IMG/VR virus record: IMGVR_UViG_3300032329_000033
Location: 1-34,960 of that record
From: a virus
Lineage: Duplodnaviria > Caudoviricetes
Strand: one strand, 5' to 3'
Length of the DNA stretch: 34,960 nucleotides
Within the stretch, counting starts at the first letter, position 1. Each line of letters starts with the position of its first letter. The translations under genes were made by a program, and so were the position numbers. Positions 16,702 through 25,004 of this stretch are shown here, piece by piece. Below the pieces are notes generated by a model. The model searched no databases. It had not been told where the DNA came from and was given only the letters and a program-made list of their open reading frames with translations.

Positions 16702-16734
16702 AGGGGCGGGCATAAAATCCTGCCCCTTTTTTTT
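16702..16734 (+). terminator. Rho-independent terminator after MCP
   Basis: AGGGGCGGG...CCTGCCCCT stem followed by a T-run. Confidence 0.85.
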
Positions 16735-16766
16735 AATTTTTCGTCAAACTTTTCAAGGAGCAGACG

Positions 16767-17750
16767 ATGCCTCAATTTTCTGATGACTTATTCTTAGGCC
16801 CAGCCCAAACTTACATGGGCACGGGCATTCGCCCCTATACCACTACCGCAACTGGCGGCACTGGTGGGATTTCTTCTTCTACTTTGCAAATTACCGCTTT
16901 GAACCAAGGCGCTCAAATTGCTTTGGGTATGTATGTTGACGGTACAAGCGTGACCGATGGAACCTACATCACTGCTTTTGGCACTGGTACTGGCGGCATT
17001 GGTACTTACACGCTGAACCAATCCATCAACATTGCAAATACAACCGCGCTGACTATGCACGGCAACATTGCTTTTGATGATCCATCTCCAATGGATTTGG
17101 GTATTGGCCCACTGGGTCGCATCTATGTTTGGGATGTAATTCCACAAGCCAAGGTTGCAAACAATCTTGCAACTGCACAGTCTCCTACTAGCGCGTTCAC
17201 TCTGACCGCTGGCACTTCGGTGAAAGCTGTGACATTGAACAACGGTTCCACTGGTTATGCTCTTGATCTGCCCCGCGCATTGATCATTACCATCGGCACT
17301 GGCACCATTACTAACCGCAACATCACGATCAGCGGCTTTGACTACTACGGTCAAGCCATGAGCGAAGTGATTGCTACTGGTACAACCCAGTCTACAACCG
17401 TAAGCGGCAAGAAAGCCTTCTTCATCGTAACGTCAATCACCACTTCTGGTGCTGTTGGCGGTACTGTTGCAGTTGGTACAACCGATATTCTCGGTCTGCC
17501 TGTTCGCGTGTTTAACGTGGCTTATTTGGCAAGCGTCAAGAGCAACAACACATTGGCGCAAGACGCTGGTACGTTTGTCGCCGCTGACACCGCTACGGCA
17601 ACCACCACCACTGGTGACGTTCGTGGTACATACACTCCTGCTACGGCTTCGGACGGCATCGTTCGCACTGTGGCAGGCATTTTGTTGCCCGGTATTGCTG
17701 TCGGCCCCAATGCTACGCGCACTGGTGCCCTTGGCGTAACCCAAGCCTAA
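16767..17750 (+). CDS. Virion structural protein (Thr/Gly-rich, head decoration/fibre-like)
   Basis: 327 aa after MCP; ITISGFDYYGQAMSEVI...GKKAF motif; AAGGAG RBS. Confidence 0.75.
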   Translation: MPQFSDDLFLGPAQTYMGTGIRPYTTTATGGTGGISSSTLQITALNQGAQIALGMYVDGTSVTDGTYITAFGTGTGGIGTYTLNQSINIANTTALTMHGNIAFDDPSPMDLGIGPLGRIYVWDVIPQAKVANNLATAQSPTSAFTLTAGTSVKAVTLNNGSTGYALDLPRALIITIGTGTITNRNITISGFDYYGQAMSEVIATGTTQSTTVSGKKAFFIVTSITTSGAVGGTVAVGTTDILGLPVRVFNVAYLASVKSNNTLAQDAGTFVAADTATATTTTGDVRGTYTPATASDGIVRTVAGILLPGIAVGPNATRTGALGVTQA

Positions 17751-17761
17751 AGGAGAGCGAC

Positions 17762-18868
17762 ATGGGACAATTTAAACCAATGGTCAAAATGATGACCACT
17801 GAGCCTACAGTTGAGTTAAAGCTCAAAAAAGGTGGCATGGTCAAAATGAAAAAAGGTGGTAGCACTACCAAAGCCAAGAAAATGGCTATGGGTGGTGGCG
17901 CTATGGAAGCACTTGCTGGTACGCCCGCGCTTGTGGGTCGTCCCGCTGTGAATGCTCCCGTGCAGACCCCCGGCAAGCCCTCGATGGCGGCTCGTCGCAA
18001 AGCAATGATGGCTAAGAAGCCAATGGGCATGGGAACGCCATCTGGCCCCGCTATGCCTGCTGGCAATCCAGCACTGCCCGCAATGAAAAAAGGCGGCAAG
18101 ATGGCTGAAGGTGGCAAGTCTGATATGGCACAAGACAAGGCCATGATCAAGAAAGCGTTTAAGCAACACGATATGCAAGAGCATAAAGGTGGCAAGGGTA
18201 CATCTTTGAAGCTCAAAAAAGGTGGTATGAAGAAATTTGCCACTGGCGGAGCAATTCCCTCTGAAGAGTCATATGGTGACTACGACACAACCAAAGTCTA
18301 CTCAGCCAAAAAAGACTCTGCCAGCGGTACTGGTGGCGTAAAGAACGGGAATGCGGGTGGCTTTAAACGTGGCGGTAAAGCCATGAAGATGGCAACAGGT
18401 GGCGCTATTCCTTCCGAGGAATCTTACGGTGACTATGACACTACTAAGGTTTATCAAGCCAAGCCCGACAGCGCAAGCGGTACAGGCGGTGTTCGTATGG
18501 GCAATGCTGGTGGATTCAAGCGTGGTGGCAAAGCAAAAATGGCTACTGGTGGCGTAATGGAATCCAACGGCGGTGGTTACCGTAAAGGCGGTGCCACAAA
18601 AAAGTTTGCTAATGGGGGAAGTGTGCAAGACGACGGTGGCCCTGAGAAGATGCCCCAAGGTCGTAAGCCAGTCCCCCAGCCAGTAGAGATCAATGCTCTT
18701 GCTGGCACTTACAAACAAGGCGGTAAAGTTGCCCCCGGTAACAAAGCTCTCCAAGCGAGCTTTAATAAGATGAACGCTCCTGCGATGCGTGAAGCAAAAG
18801 CAAAGAGTGTTGAGGCTTATGCCCCAATGGGTTCCGTTGTTCGCAAGAACAGAGGTGGAATGTGCTGA
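17762..18868 (+). CDS. Basic Lys/Gly/Met-rich repeat protein with 14 hydrophobic-[K/A/R]-x-GG motifs (putative internal virion protein)
   Basis: LKKGG, MKKGG, MAMGG, MAEGG, FATGG, FKRGG, MATGG, YRKGG, FANGG, YKQGG and repeats of these; AAGGAG RBS; followed by a terminator. Confidence 0.8.
   Translation: MGQFKPMVKMMTTEPTVELKLKKGGMVKMKKGGSTTKAKKMAMGGGAMEALAGTPALVGRPAVNAPVQTPGKPSMAARRKAMMAKKPMGMGTPSGPAMPAGNPALPAMKKGGKMAEGGKSDMAQDKAMIKKAFKQHDMQEHKGGKGTSLKLKKGGMKKFATGGAIPSEESYGDYDTTKVYSAKKDSASGTGGVKNGNAGGFKRGGKAMKMATGGAIPSEESYGDYDTTKVYQAKPDSASGTGGVRMGNAGGFKRGGKAKMATGGVMESNGGGYRKGGATKKFANGGSVQDDGGPEKMPQGRKPVPQPVEINALAGTYKQGGKVAPGNKALQASFNKMNAPAMREAKAKSVEAYAPMGSVVRKNRGGMC
18233..18540 (+). repeat. 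Tandem ~51-codon intragenic repeat (2 copies, plus a partial third)
   Basis: K[F/M]ATGGAIPSEESYGDYDTTKVYxAKxDSASGTGGVxxGNAGGFKRGGKA occurs twice. Confidence 0.9.
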
Positions 18869-18872
18869 AATG

Positions 18873-18898
18873 AAGTGGGGGCTTCGGCCCCCGCTTTT
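18873..18898 (+). terminator. Rho-independent terminator
   Basis: AAGTGGGGGC-TTCG-GCCCCCGCTT followed by TT. Confidence 0.85.
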
Positions 18899-18912
18899 AA
18901 TTGGAGATTTAT

Positions 18913-19713
18913 ATGAGTAATGGAATTGTTGCCTCAGTTACACGCGCTGGCGCATATGAACCGTTTGAATTACAAGTGTCTCGTGGTCAAATCATGGGTC
19001 ACAGCACAGCAAATATTTTTGCTTACGGAACTACTCCTTCTACAGCAGGATTGTTTAGAACCGTGTGGGAAAACATGGCATCAACAGACTATGTATTTCC
19101 ATCATCTGCATCCACAATGAATTTGGTTAGTACGGTGGCAGGAGATACCGCCACCATCACAATTACTGGAACAGATGCCAGTTACAACTTAATTTCTGAA
19201 AGTTTGGTTTTAAACGGAACAACCAATGTTCCAACAACTAAATCATATTTTCGTATTAACAACATATCAGTATCCGCTGGTTCGGCAACTAACCCTACAG
19301 GCGTGATTACATTGTCTGTCAGTTCAACCGTTTACGCTCAAATCAACACACAAGTTGTTAACGGAGTGACTAGCAGTATTGGTACATCTCAGATGGGTGT
19401 GTATACCGTACCTGCTGGCTATACTTTTTATGGTTATAGATACGGTGCATATTCATCATTCAACGGCAATACGGCTAACTACACAACGTACAGGGCATTA
19501 AGCAATGCTTCTTCTGGTGTGCAAAAAGTTATTGTGCAAACACCATTTAATACCACTTACGAAGTTCAAAGGCATTTTCCATTTCCTTACTCTTCTGGAT
19601 CGGATTTGAGATTTCAAGTTGCAAGCAGTGCCGCAACAGCCGCAGTAGTAAGCATCAATATTGGCGGTGTCTTGATAGAAAACAACAACAACGTCACTGG
19701 TTCGGGTACTTGA
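18913..19713 (+). CDS. Putative virion structural protein (266 aa, beta-rich)
   Basis: GGAG RBS before ATG 18913; FELQVSRGQI.GH...TVW....YVFPSSA..M. Confidence 0.75.
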   Translation: MSNGIVASVTRAGAYEPFELQVSRGQIMGHSTANIFAYGTTPSTAGLFRTVWENMASTDYVFPSSASTMNLVSTVAGDTATITITGTDASYNLISESLVLNGTTNVPTTKSYFRINNISVSAGSATNPTGVITLSVSSTVYAQINTQVVNGVTSSIGTSQMGVYTVPAGYTFYGYRYGAYSSFNGNTANYTTYRALSNASSGVQKVIVQTPFNTTYEVQRHFPFPYSSGSDLRFQVASSAATAAVVSINIGGVLIENNNNVTGSGT

Positions 19714-19715
19714 TC

Positions 19716-20240
19716 ATGCCAAGCAAATCACCTTCCCAACATCGTTTGATGGAGGCGGTCGCACATAACCCTGCGTTCGCCAAAAAGGTGCGTATTCCCC
19801 AAAAAGTTGGCAAAGAGTTCGCTCGTGCTGATGAGGGGAAAAAACTTAAAGGAGGCGGATTGTATGACAACATCAATGCAAAGCGTGAAAGAATCGCTGA
19901 AGGCTCTGGCGAAAAAATGCGTCGAGTTGGTAGCAAAGGTGCGCCAACGGCTGAAGCCTTCCGAGAGTCAGCAAAAACCGCCAAATTGAAAGAAGGCGGG
20001 CCAAGCCTTGCTGTTGGCCGAGGTGAAAAACTTTCGACAAAAGCAGGTGCAGGGCTTACGCAAAAAGGTCGAGACAAGTACAATCGAGAGACTGGTTCAC
20101 ATTTAAAAGCACCCCAGCCACAGGGAGGCGCGCGCAAAGACTCGTTCTGCGCTCGAATGAGCGGAATGGCTGGGCCAATGAAAGATGAAAAGGGCGAGCC
20201 GACTCGTAAAGCGGCGGCGCTTGCACGTTGGAAGTGTTGA
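19716..20240 (+). CDS. Basic tri-modular protein; C-terminal module DUF6321-like
   Basis: Module 1 MPSKSPSQHRLMEAVAHNP, linker LKGGG, module 2 LYDNINAKRERI...GAPTAEAF, linker LKEGG, module 3 GLTQKGRDKYNRETGS.LKAP...SFCARM...WKC. Confidence 0.75.
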   Translation: MPSKSPSQHRLMEAVAHNPAFAKKVRIPQKVGKEFARADEGKKLKGGGLYDNINAKRERIAEGSGEKMRRVGSKGAPTAEAFRESAKTAKLKEGGPSLAVGRGEKLSTKAGAGLTQKGRDKYNRETGSHLKAPQPQGGARKDSFCARMSGMAGPMKDEKGEPTRKAAALARWKC

Positions 20241-20241
20241 T

Positions 20242-20634
20242 ATGTCTAAAGTTAAAAAATTAGCTGAAGGTGGAATTTCATCTTTAGGTAGTATCCTTAA
20301 TGTGGGAATTTCCGACGGCCCGTATATGCCCGGCTCACCTCTAAATCCCCTCAATGCCCCATCTTTTGGCGGAAGCATCGGCGGTGGTGGTGAAGGTGGT
20401 GGTGGTGCTGAAGCAGGTCTTAGTCAAATTGACGCTGGCGCAAATACTGTGCGAAGCGCAATCAGTTCTGCACAAAGCGCACTTGGGGGTGGTGGTGGTA
20501 ACAGTTATCCTTCTTATATATATAAAAATGGCGGCTCTGTTAAAAATAGCTACACAACCAAAGATGGCAAACTGAATTTAGGCTCTGGTCGAATTTCTAC
20601 AGCCTCAAAAAATAAATCAACACCTAACTGGTAA
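20242..20634 (+). CDS. Gly-rich low-complexity protein with conserved C-terminal tag
   Basis: MSKVKKLAEGG...YKNGGSV...GKLNLGSGRISTASKNKSTPNW. Confidence 0.7.
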   Translation: MSKVKKLAEGGISSLGSILNVGISDGPYMPGSPLNPLNAPSFGGSIGGGGEGGGGAEAGLSQIDAGANTVRSAISSAQSALGGGGGNSYPSYIYKNGGSVKNSYTTKDGKLNLGSGRISTASKNKSTPNW

Positions 20635-20643
20635 AGAATAATC

Positions 20644-21135
20644 ATGTCGTCAATACCATACAAGCCAATGGCCCAAATGCCAAAAACAGTTGCAAAAAAA
20701 CCGTCAGTCAGTATTCCAAAAATGACTCCAGCAAACACTGTAAAAGCTGGAACAAATCCATTTAATACTGGAAAAGTAATGCCAATGCCCGGCAAACTTC
20801 AAGTAATGCCAAAGCCAAATCCACCGACAATGCCCGGTGGCGGCATGACTCAGTTTACAGGTGGCCCAATGCCCCTTCCAAACCCACCAACAACGAGCGC
20901 CACACCAGACATAATTTCTGGCGGAATTTCAGATGTTGGAGGAAACTACGGTTCCGGAAGAGACCCTTTTAGTGGTCAACCAATGCCAACTGCCGCCGCA
21001 TATAAAAAAGGTGGTCATGTTAAAGCCAGCAAGACTGAATCCAAGAAAAGTTACACATCAAGCGGCGGAAAAATCAATTTAAGTTCTGGCCGAGTGTCAA
21101 CAGCCTCAAAGAATAAAAAAAATCCTAACTGGTAA
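20644..21135 (+). CDS. Pro/Met-rich low-complexity protein with the same C-terminal tag
   Basis: ...YKKGGHV...GKINLSSGRVSTASKNKKNPNW. Confidence 0.75.
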   Translation: MSSIPYKPMAQMPKTVAKKPSVSIPKMTPANTVKAGTNPFNTGKVMPMPGKLQVMPKPNPPTMPGGGMTQFTGGPMPLPNPPTTSATPDIISGGISDVGGNYGSGRDPFSGQPMPTAAAYKKGGHVKASKTESKKSYTSSGGKINLSSGRVSTASKNKKNPNW

Positions 21136-21144
21136 GGAACAAAC

Positions 21145-22206
21145 ATGGCGTTTTCTGGAACCGTTGGTCAAACAGTCATCAATGTACAAACATTGATTGA
21201 TCATGGCGCTCGACGCTGTGGAAAACTTGCCGAAGAGTTGACCTCTGAGCAAGTGCTGTCGGCTCGCCAGTCGCTGTATTTTTTACTTTCCAACCTTGGC
21301 AACCGTGGTATCCAGTTTTGGACAATTACCAAGAAGGTTATTGGCGCACAAGTAGACAACTACATCTACAAGCTCCCCAAGGGTTCAATTGACCTTTGGA
21401 ACGTGTTGTATCGCACGATGGATCGCCCAAATGGCGCATACACCAGTTCCGCTGGTGGAACCGTTGCAAACGTCTATGACGGCGACACGCAAACCATTTG
21501 CACACAGACTTCTGCCAACGGAAACATTGCAGTCAATTTTGGCCCATCAAACCCAATTTATATTGGCTCGATTGGATTTTTGCCTGCGTCTAGTGGCTCG
21601 TGGTCAATTATTTATGAATACTCGCTTGATAATTCCACATGGTCAACTTTGGTTGATTTAGGAACAATTGATGTAGTTAACAACGAGTGGGTATGGACTG
21701 ACATTGTTGCTGGTCAAACCGTTCCTTACTACCGTATTCGTGCATACAATGGTACTACTCTTTCATTGCGTGAGTTGTATTTTGGCAACAATTCGCTTGA
21801 GGTGCAAATGTCTGGTTTAAACCGCGACGACTACACCAACTTGCCAAACAAGAACTTTACGGCAAATCAGCCCTATCAGTATTGGTTTGATCGCACTATT
21901 CCACAACCATCGATCTATGTATGGCCTACCCCATCGACTGCGTTTGTGCAGATCGTTTGTTGGTACTCGCGCCAGATTGAGGATGTTGGCTCGCTCACTG
22001 ATGAGCTTGAGATTCCACAACGCTGGTATGAAGCTGTGCAGATGATGCTGGCTCACCGCATGGCGCTTGAGTTGCCACAGGTGGCTGTTGATCGCATCCA
22101 GTACCTTGAGAAGATGGCTGACAAGTTTCTGGCAGACGCTGAGTCTGAAGAACGTGATCGTTCACCAATTTATTGGGCACCGAATATTTCGGTGTACACA
22201 GCGTAA
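21145..22206 (+). CDS. Head-tail adaptor (P22 gp4-like) with inserted discoidin/F5-8-like domain
   Basis: IDHGARRCG...SARQSL..LL...NRG; Y..LPNK...PYQYWFDR...VWPTP; IPQRWYEA...LA. Central insert NVYDGDTQT...YSLDNSTW...YYRIR. Confidence 0.75.
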   Translation: MAFSGTVGQTVINVQTLIDHGARRCGKLAEELTSEQVLSARQSLYFLLSNLGNRGIQFWTITKKVIGAQVDNYIYKLPKGSIDLWNVLYRTMDRPNGAYTSSAGGTVANVYDGDTQTICTQTSANGNIAVNFGPSNPIYIGSIGFLPASSGSWSIIYEYSLDNSTWSTLVDLGTIDVVNNEWVWTDIVAGQTVPYYRIRAYNGTTLSLRELYFGNNSLEVQMSGLNRDDYTNLPNKNFTANQPYQYWFDRTIPQPSIYVWPTPSTAFVQIVCWYSRQIEDVGSLTDELEIPQRWYEAVQMMLAHRMALELPQVAVDRIQYLEKMADKFLADAESEERDRSPIYWAPNISVYTA

Positions 22207-22580
22207 TGCCTATCTTTCTTGACACAACAGGTTTAACGTCGATTGCAATCGGTGTATGTGACCGATGCAAGATGAAACGCGCCTTTGTGCAATTGGGGCC
22301 AGACCCCAACTTCCCCGGCCTGCGGGTGTGCGACCAAGGGTGCAGGGATCAGTTCGACCCCTATCGCCTTGCCGCTCGCAAGACGGAACGTATCAACCTG
22401 CGGTTTCCGCGCCCTGACACGCCTATCGGTGCTGGTGATAACTATTTGATGACTGGTAGCCAAAACCTTGATGGTTCGAGCCAATTCCAGATTTCGACGC
22501 AAGGGAATACCCAAACGCCGACAAATAACGGCAACGAAGACACGATTGCGCCCAACCCGCCCGACAATACGAGTACATAA
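22206..22580 (+). CDS. Cys-motif neck-region protein (124 aa)
   Basis: TAATG coupling with adaptor; IGVCDRC...LRVC..GC.D.FDP...PRPD. Confidence 0.75.
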   Translation: MPIFLDTTGLTSIAIGVCDRCKMKRAFVQLGPDPNFPGLRVCDQGCRDQFDPYRLAARKTERINLRFPRPDTPIGAGDNYLMTGSQNLDGSSQFQISTQGNTQTPTNNGNEDTIAPNPPDNTST

Positions 22581-25004
22581 ATGTCAGCACAAGTCGTCAT
22601 TACCCAACTCCCAGCCGCTGGTGCCTTAACGGGTACTGAAGCGGTTCCTATCGTTCAAAATGGAGTCACGGTTCAAACCACGACTGGAGCTATTGCTGTC
22701 CAGCCTACGCAGACCCAGACGTTTTTAACGGCTACACAGCAAACCTCTTTGCCAAATAGCCGTTACGTTACGGCTAATACTGGGCTTTCAATTACTGATG
22801 GTGGAGCAGGTTCATTCTTCCAAATAAATCTTACGGGTGCCGCTCTAAGCCTCGATAACGCCTCTGGTGGCATTATTGTGAAGGACACTGCCTCTACGGT
22901 AGCCTCACGCTCAATTGCCGTTTCTGGCGCTGGTTTGAGCGTTTCTAATGCTGATGGTACTGGCGGCAATCCAACGCTTGCGTTGAGCGGCCTTCCTGCA
23001 ACACTGGCAAACCTTTCTGGCTCTGGAATGTTGGCAATTGTTGGTGGTTCCAGCATTAACCCCCGCACCATAACTGGTACGGCCAATCAGATCACATTGA
23101 CCAATGGTGACGGCCAAGCTGGCAATCCAACAATTTCTTTGGCCGACAACGCAGTCATGCCCGGTACGGGATCAATGACTGTTCCGATTGGCACGACAGC
23201 ACAACAACCAGTTGGCTCCAACGGCCAAATTCGATACAACAGCGAGACAAATGCTTTCTATGGATATGCCGCAGGAAGCTGGAATGCTTTCACCTTGGCT
23301 GGTGGCGTATCCACGTTCAGTGCTGGCACAACGGGCTTGGCTCCTTCTTCGCCGCAGTCTGGCTCAATTGTGTTGTCTGGCACCCTTAACGTATCAAACG
23401 GTGGTACTGGCGCAACTTCATTGACGGGTTATGTGTACGGTAATGGCACTGGCGTAATGACTGCCAGTACAACTATCCCAAGCGGTTCGATCACTGGTCT
23501 AGGCACGATGTCTACCCAGAACGCAAATGCCGTGGCTATCACGGGTGGAACGGTTGCTGGTGCGACTATTACTGGTAGCACAATCAACAGCACAACAATT
23601 GGTGCTGGTACAGCGGCGGCAGGTACTTTTACGTCTGTGGCAATGACCACAGGCACGATCACGACTTTACCGTCAAACAATACCGACATTGTCAACAAAG
23701 AGTACGCCGATTCAATTGCCTCTGGTATTAACTTTCACCAAGCGTGTAATTTAGCGACTACAGCCGCTTTGCCATCTTGTACTTATAACAATGGCACTTC
23801 TGGTGTTGGTGCTACTTTGACGGCTACAGCAAATGGCGCGTTGACTGTCGATAGTGTTTTGACAGTGGTAAACAATCGAATCTTGGTCAAAAACCAAGCC
23901 AGTGGTGGGCAAAACGGTATTTATGTTGTTACGCAAGTAGGCTCGGCAGGTACGCCGTTTATTCTGACTCGCGCCACTGACTACGATACAACTGGCACTG
24001 GAACTAACGAAATTGATCAGGGCGACTTTGTTTTGATCTTGGCTGGTACTGCATACGCCAATACATCTTGGGTTCAGCAAACTGCGCTTCCAATTATTAT
24101 CGGAACCACGGCAATTGTTTGGATTCAGTTTGGTGCGCCTTTGACTTACACCGCTGGCACTGGACTGAATGAGTCGCCAGCATACACATTCAATATCGCC
24201 AATACTGGCGTGACTGCGGCAACTTACGGTTCTGCTTCGCAAGTGCCAGTTTTGGCTGTAAATGCACGGGGCCAACTGACATCGGTCACCAATACGTCAA
24301 TTGCGATTGCCGCAGGCGCTGTATCGGGCCTTGCGGCCTCTGCAACAACTGACACTACCAATGCCTCCAACATCACCTCTGGAACGCTTCCTACGGGCCG
24401 TTTGAGCGGTTCTTACACGGGTATCACTGGAGTTGGTACGCTGGCCGCAGGAACATGGAATGCCAGCACAATTGGAATTGGATACGGTGGTACGGGTTTG
24501 ACAGCAACCCCGTCCAACGGCCAGTTGGCTATTGGTAACGGTTCTGGCTATACATTGGCGAACTTAACCGCAGGTACAAACGTCAGTATCAGCAACACTG
24601 CTGGTGGCATCACGATTTCTGCCACCCCATCGTCTGGCGGCACGGTGACATCGGTTGCCATGACCGTGCCTTCGTTCTTGTCTGTTACTGGCTCGCCCAT
24701 TACCACCAGCGGAACATTGGCCGTCACACTGTCTGGCACGGCGTTGCCTGTTGCAAATGGTGGCTCTGGGGCCACAACAGTGACTGGTTACTTGTACGGC
24801 AACGGCACAAGCGCATTTACTGCTTCAACCACGATTCCAAACAGTGCGATCACTGGTTTGGGGACGATGTCCACACAAAATGCCAATGCAGTAGCAATCA
24901 CTGGTGGCACAATTAACGGGACATCCATTGGCGCAACCACAACATCTACAGGCGCATTCACTACTGTGACTGCAACTACAGGCATCTTCGGAGGTACTTT
25001 CTAA
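22581..25004 (+). CDS. Tail fibre protein (807 aa)
   Basis: ITQLP...LTGTEAVPIVQNGVT N-terminus; many G/T/S-rich repeats (NGGTG); NKEYAD...RILVKNQ...NGIY module; ends GGTF. Confidence 0.85.
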   Translation: MSAQVVITQLPAAGALTGTEAVPIVQNGVTVQTTTGAIAVQPTQTQTFLTATQQTSLPNSRYVTANTGLSITDGGAGSFFQINLTGAALSLDNASGGIIVKDTASTVASRSIAVSGAGLSVSNADGTGGNPTLALSGLPATLANLSGSGMLAIVGGSSINPRTITGTANQITLTNGDGQAGNPTISLADNAVMPGTGSMTVPIGTTAQQPVGSNGQIRYNSETNAFYGYAAGSWNAFTLAGGVSTFSAGTTGLAPSSPQSGSIVLSGTLNVSNGGTGATSLTGYVYGNGTGVMTASTTIPSGSITGLGTMSTQNANAVAITGGTVAGATITGSTINSTTIGAGTAAAGTFTSVAMTTGTITTLPSNNTDIVNKEYADSIASGINFHQACNLATTAALPSCTYNNGTSGVGATLTATANGALTVDSVLTVVNNRILVKNQASGGQNGIYVVTQVGSAGTPFILTRATDYDTTGTGTNEIDQGDFVLILAGTAYANTSWVQQTALPIIIGTTAIVWIQFGAPLTYTAGTGLNESPAYTFNIANTGVTAATYGSASQVPVLAVNARGQLTSVTNTSIAIAAGAVSGLAASATTDTTNASNITSGTLPTGRLSGSYTGITGVGTLAAGTWNASTIGIGYGGTGLTATPSNGQLAIGNGSGYTLANLTAGTNVSISNTAGGITISATPSSGGTVTSVAMTVPSFLSVTGSPITTSGTLAVTLSGTALPVANGGSGATTVTGYLYGNGTSAFTASTTIPNSAITGLGTMSTQNANAVAITGGTINGTSIGATTTSTGAFTTVTATTGIFGGTF

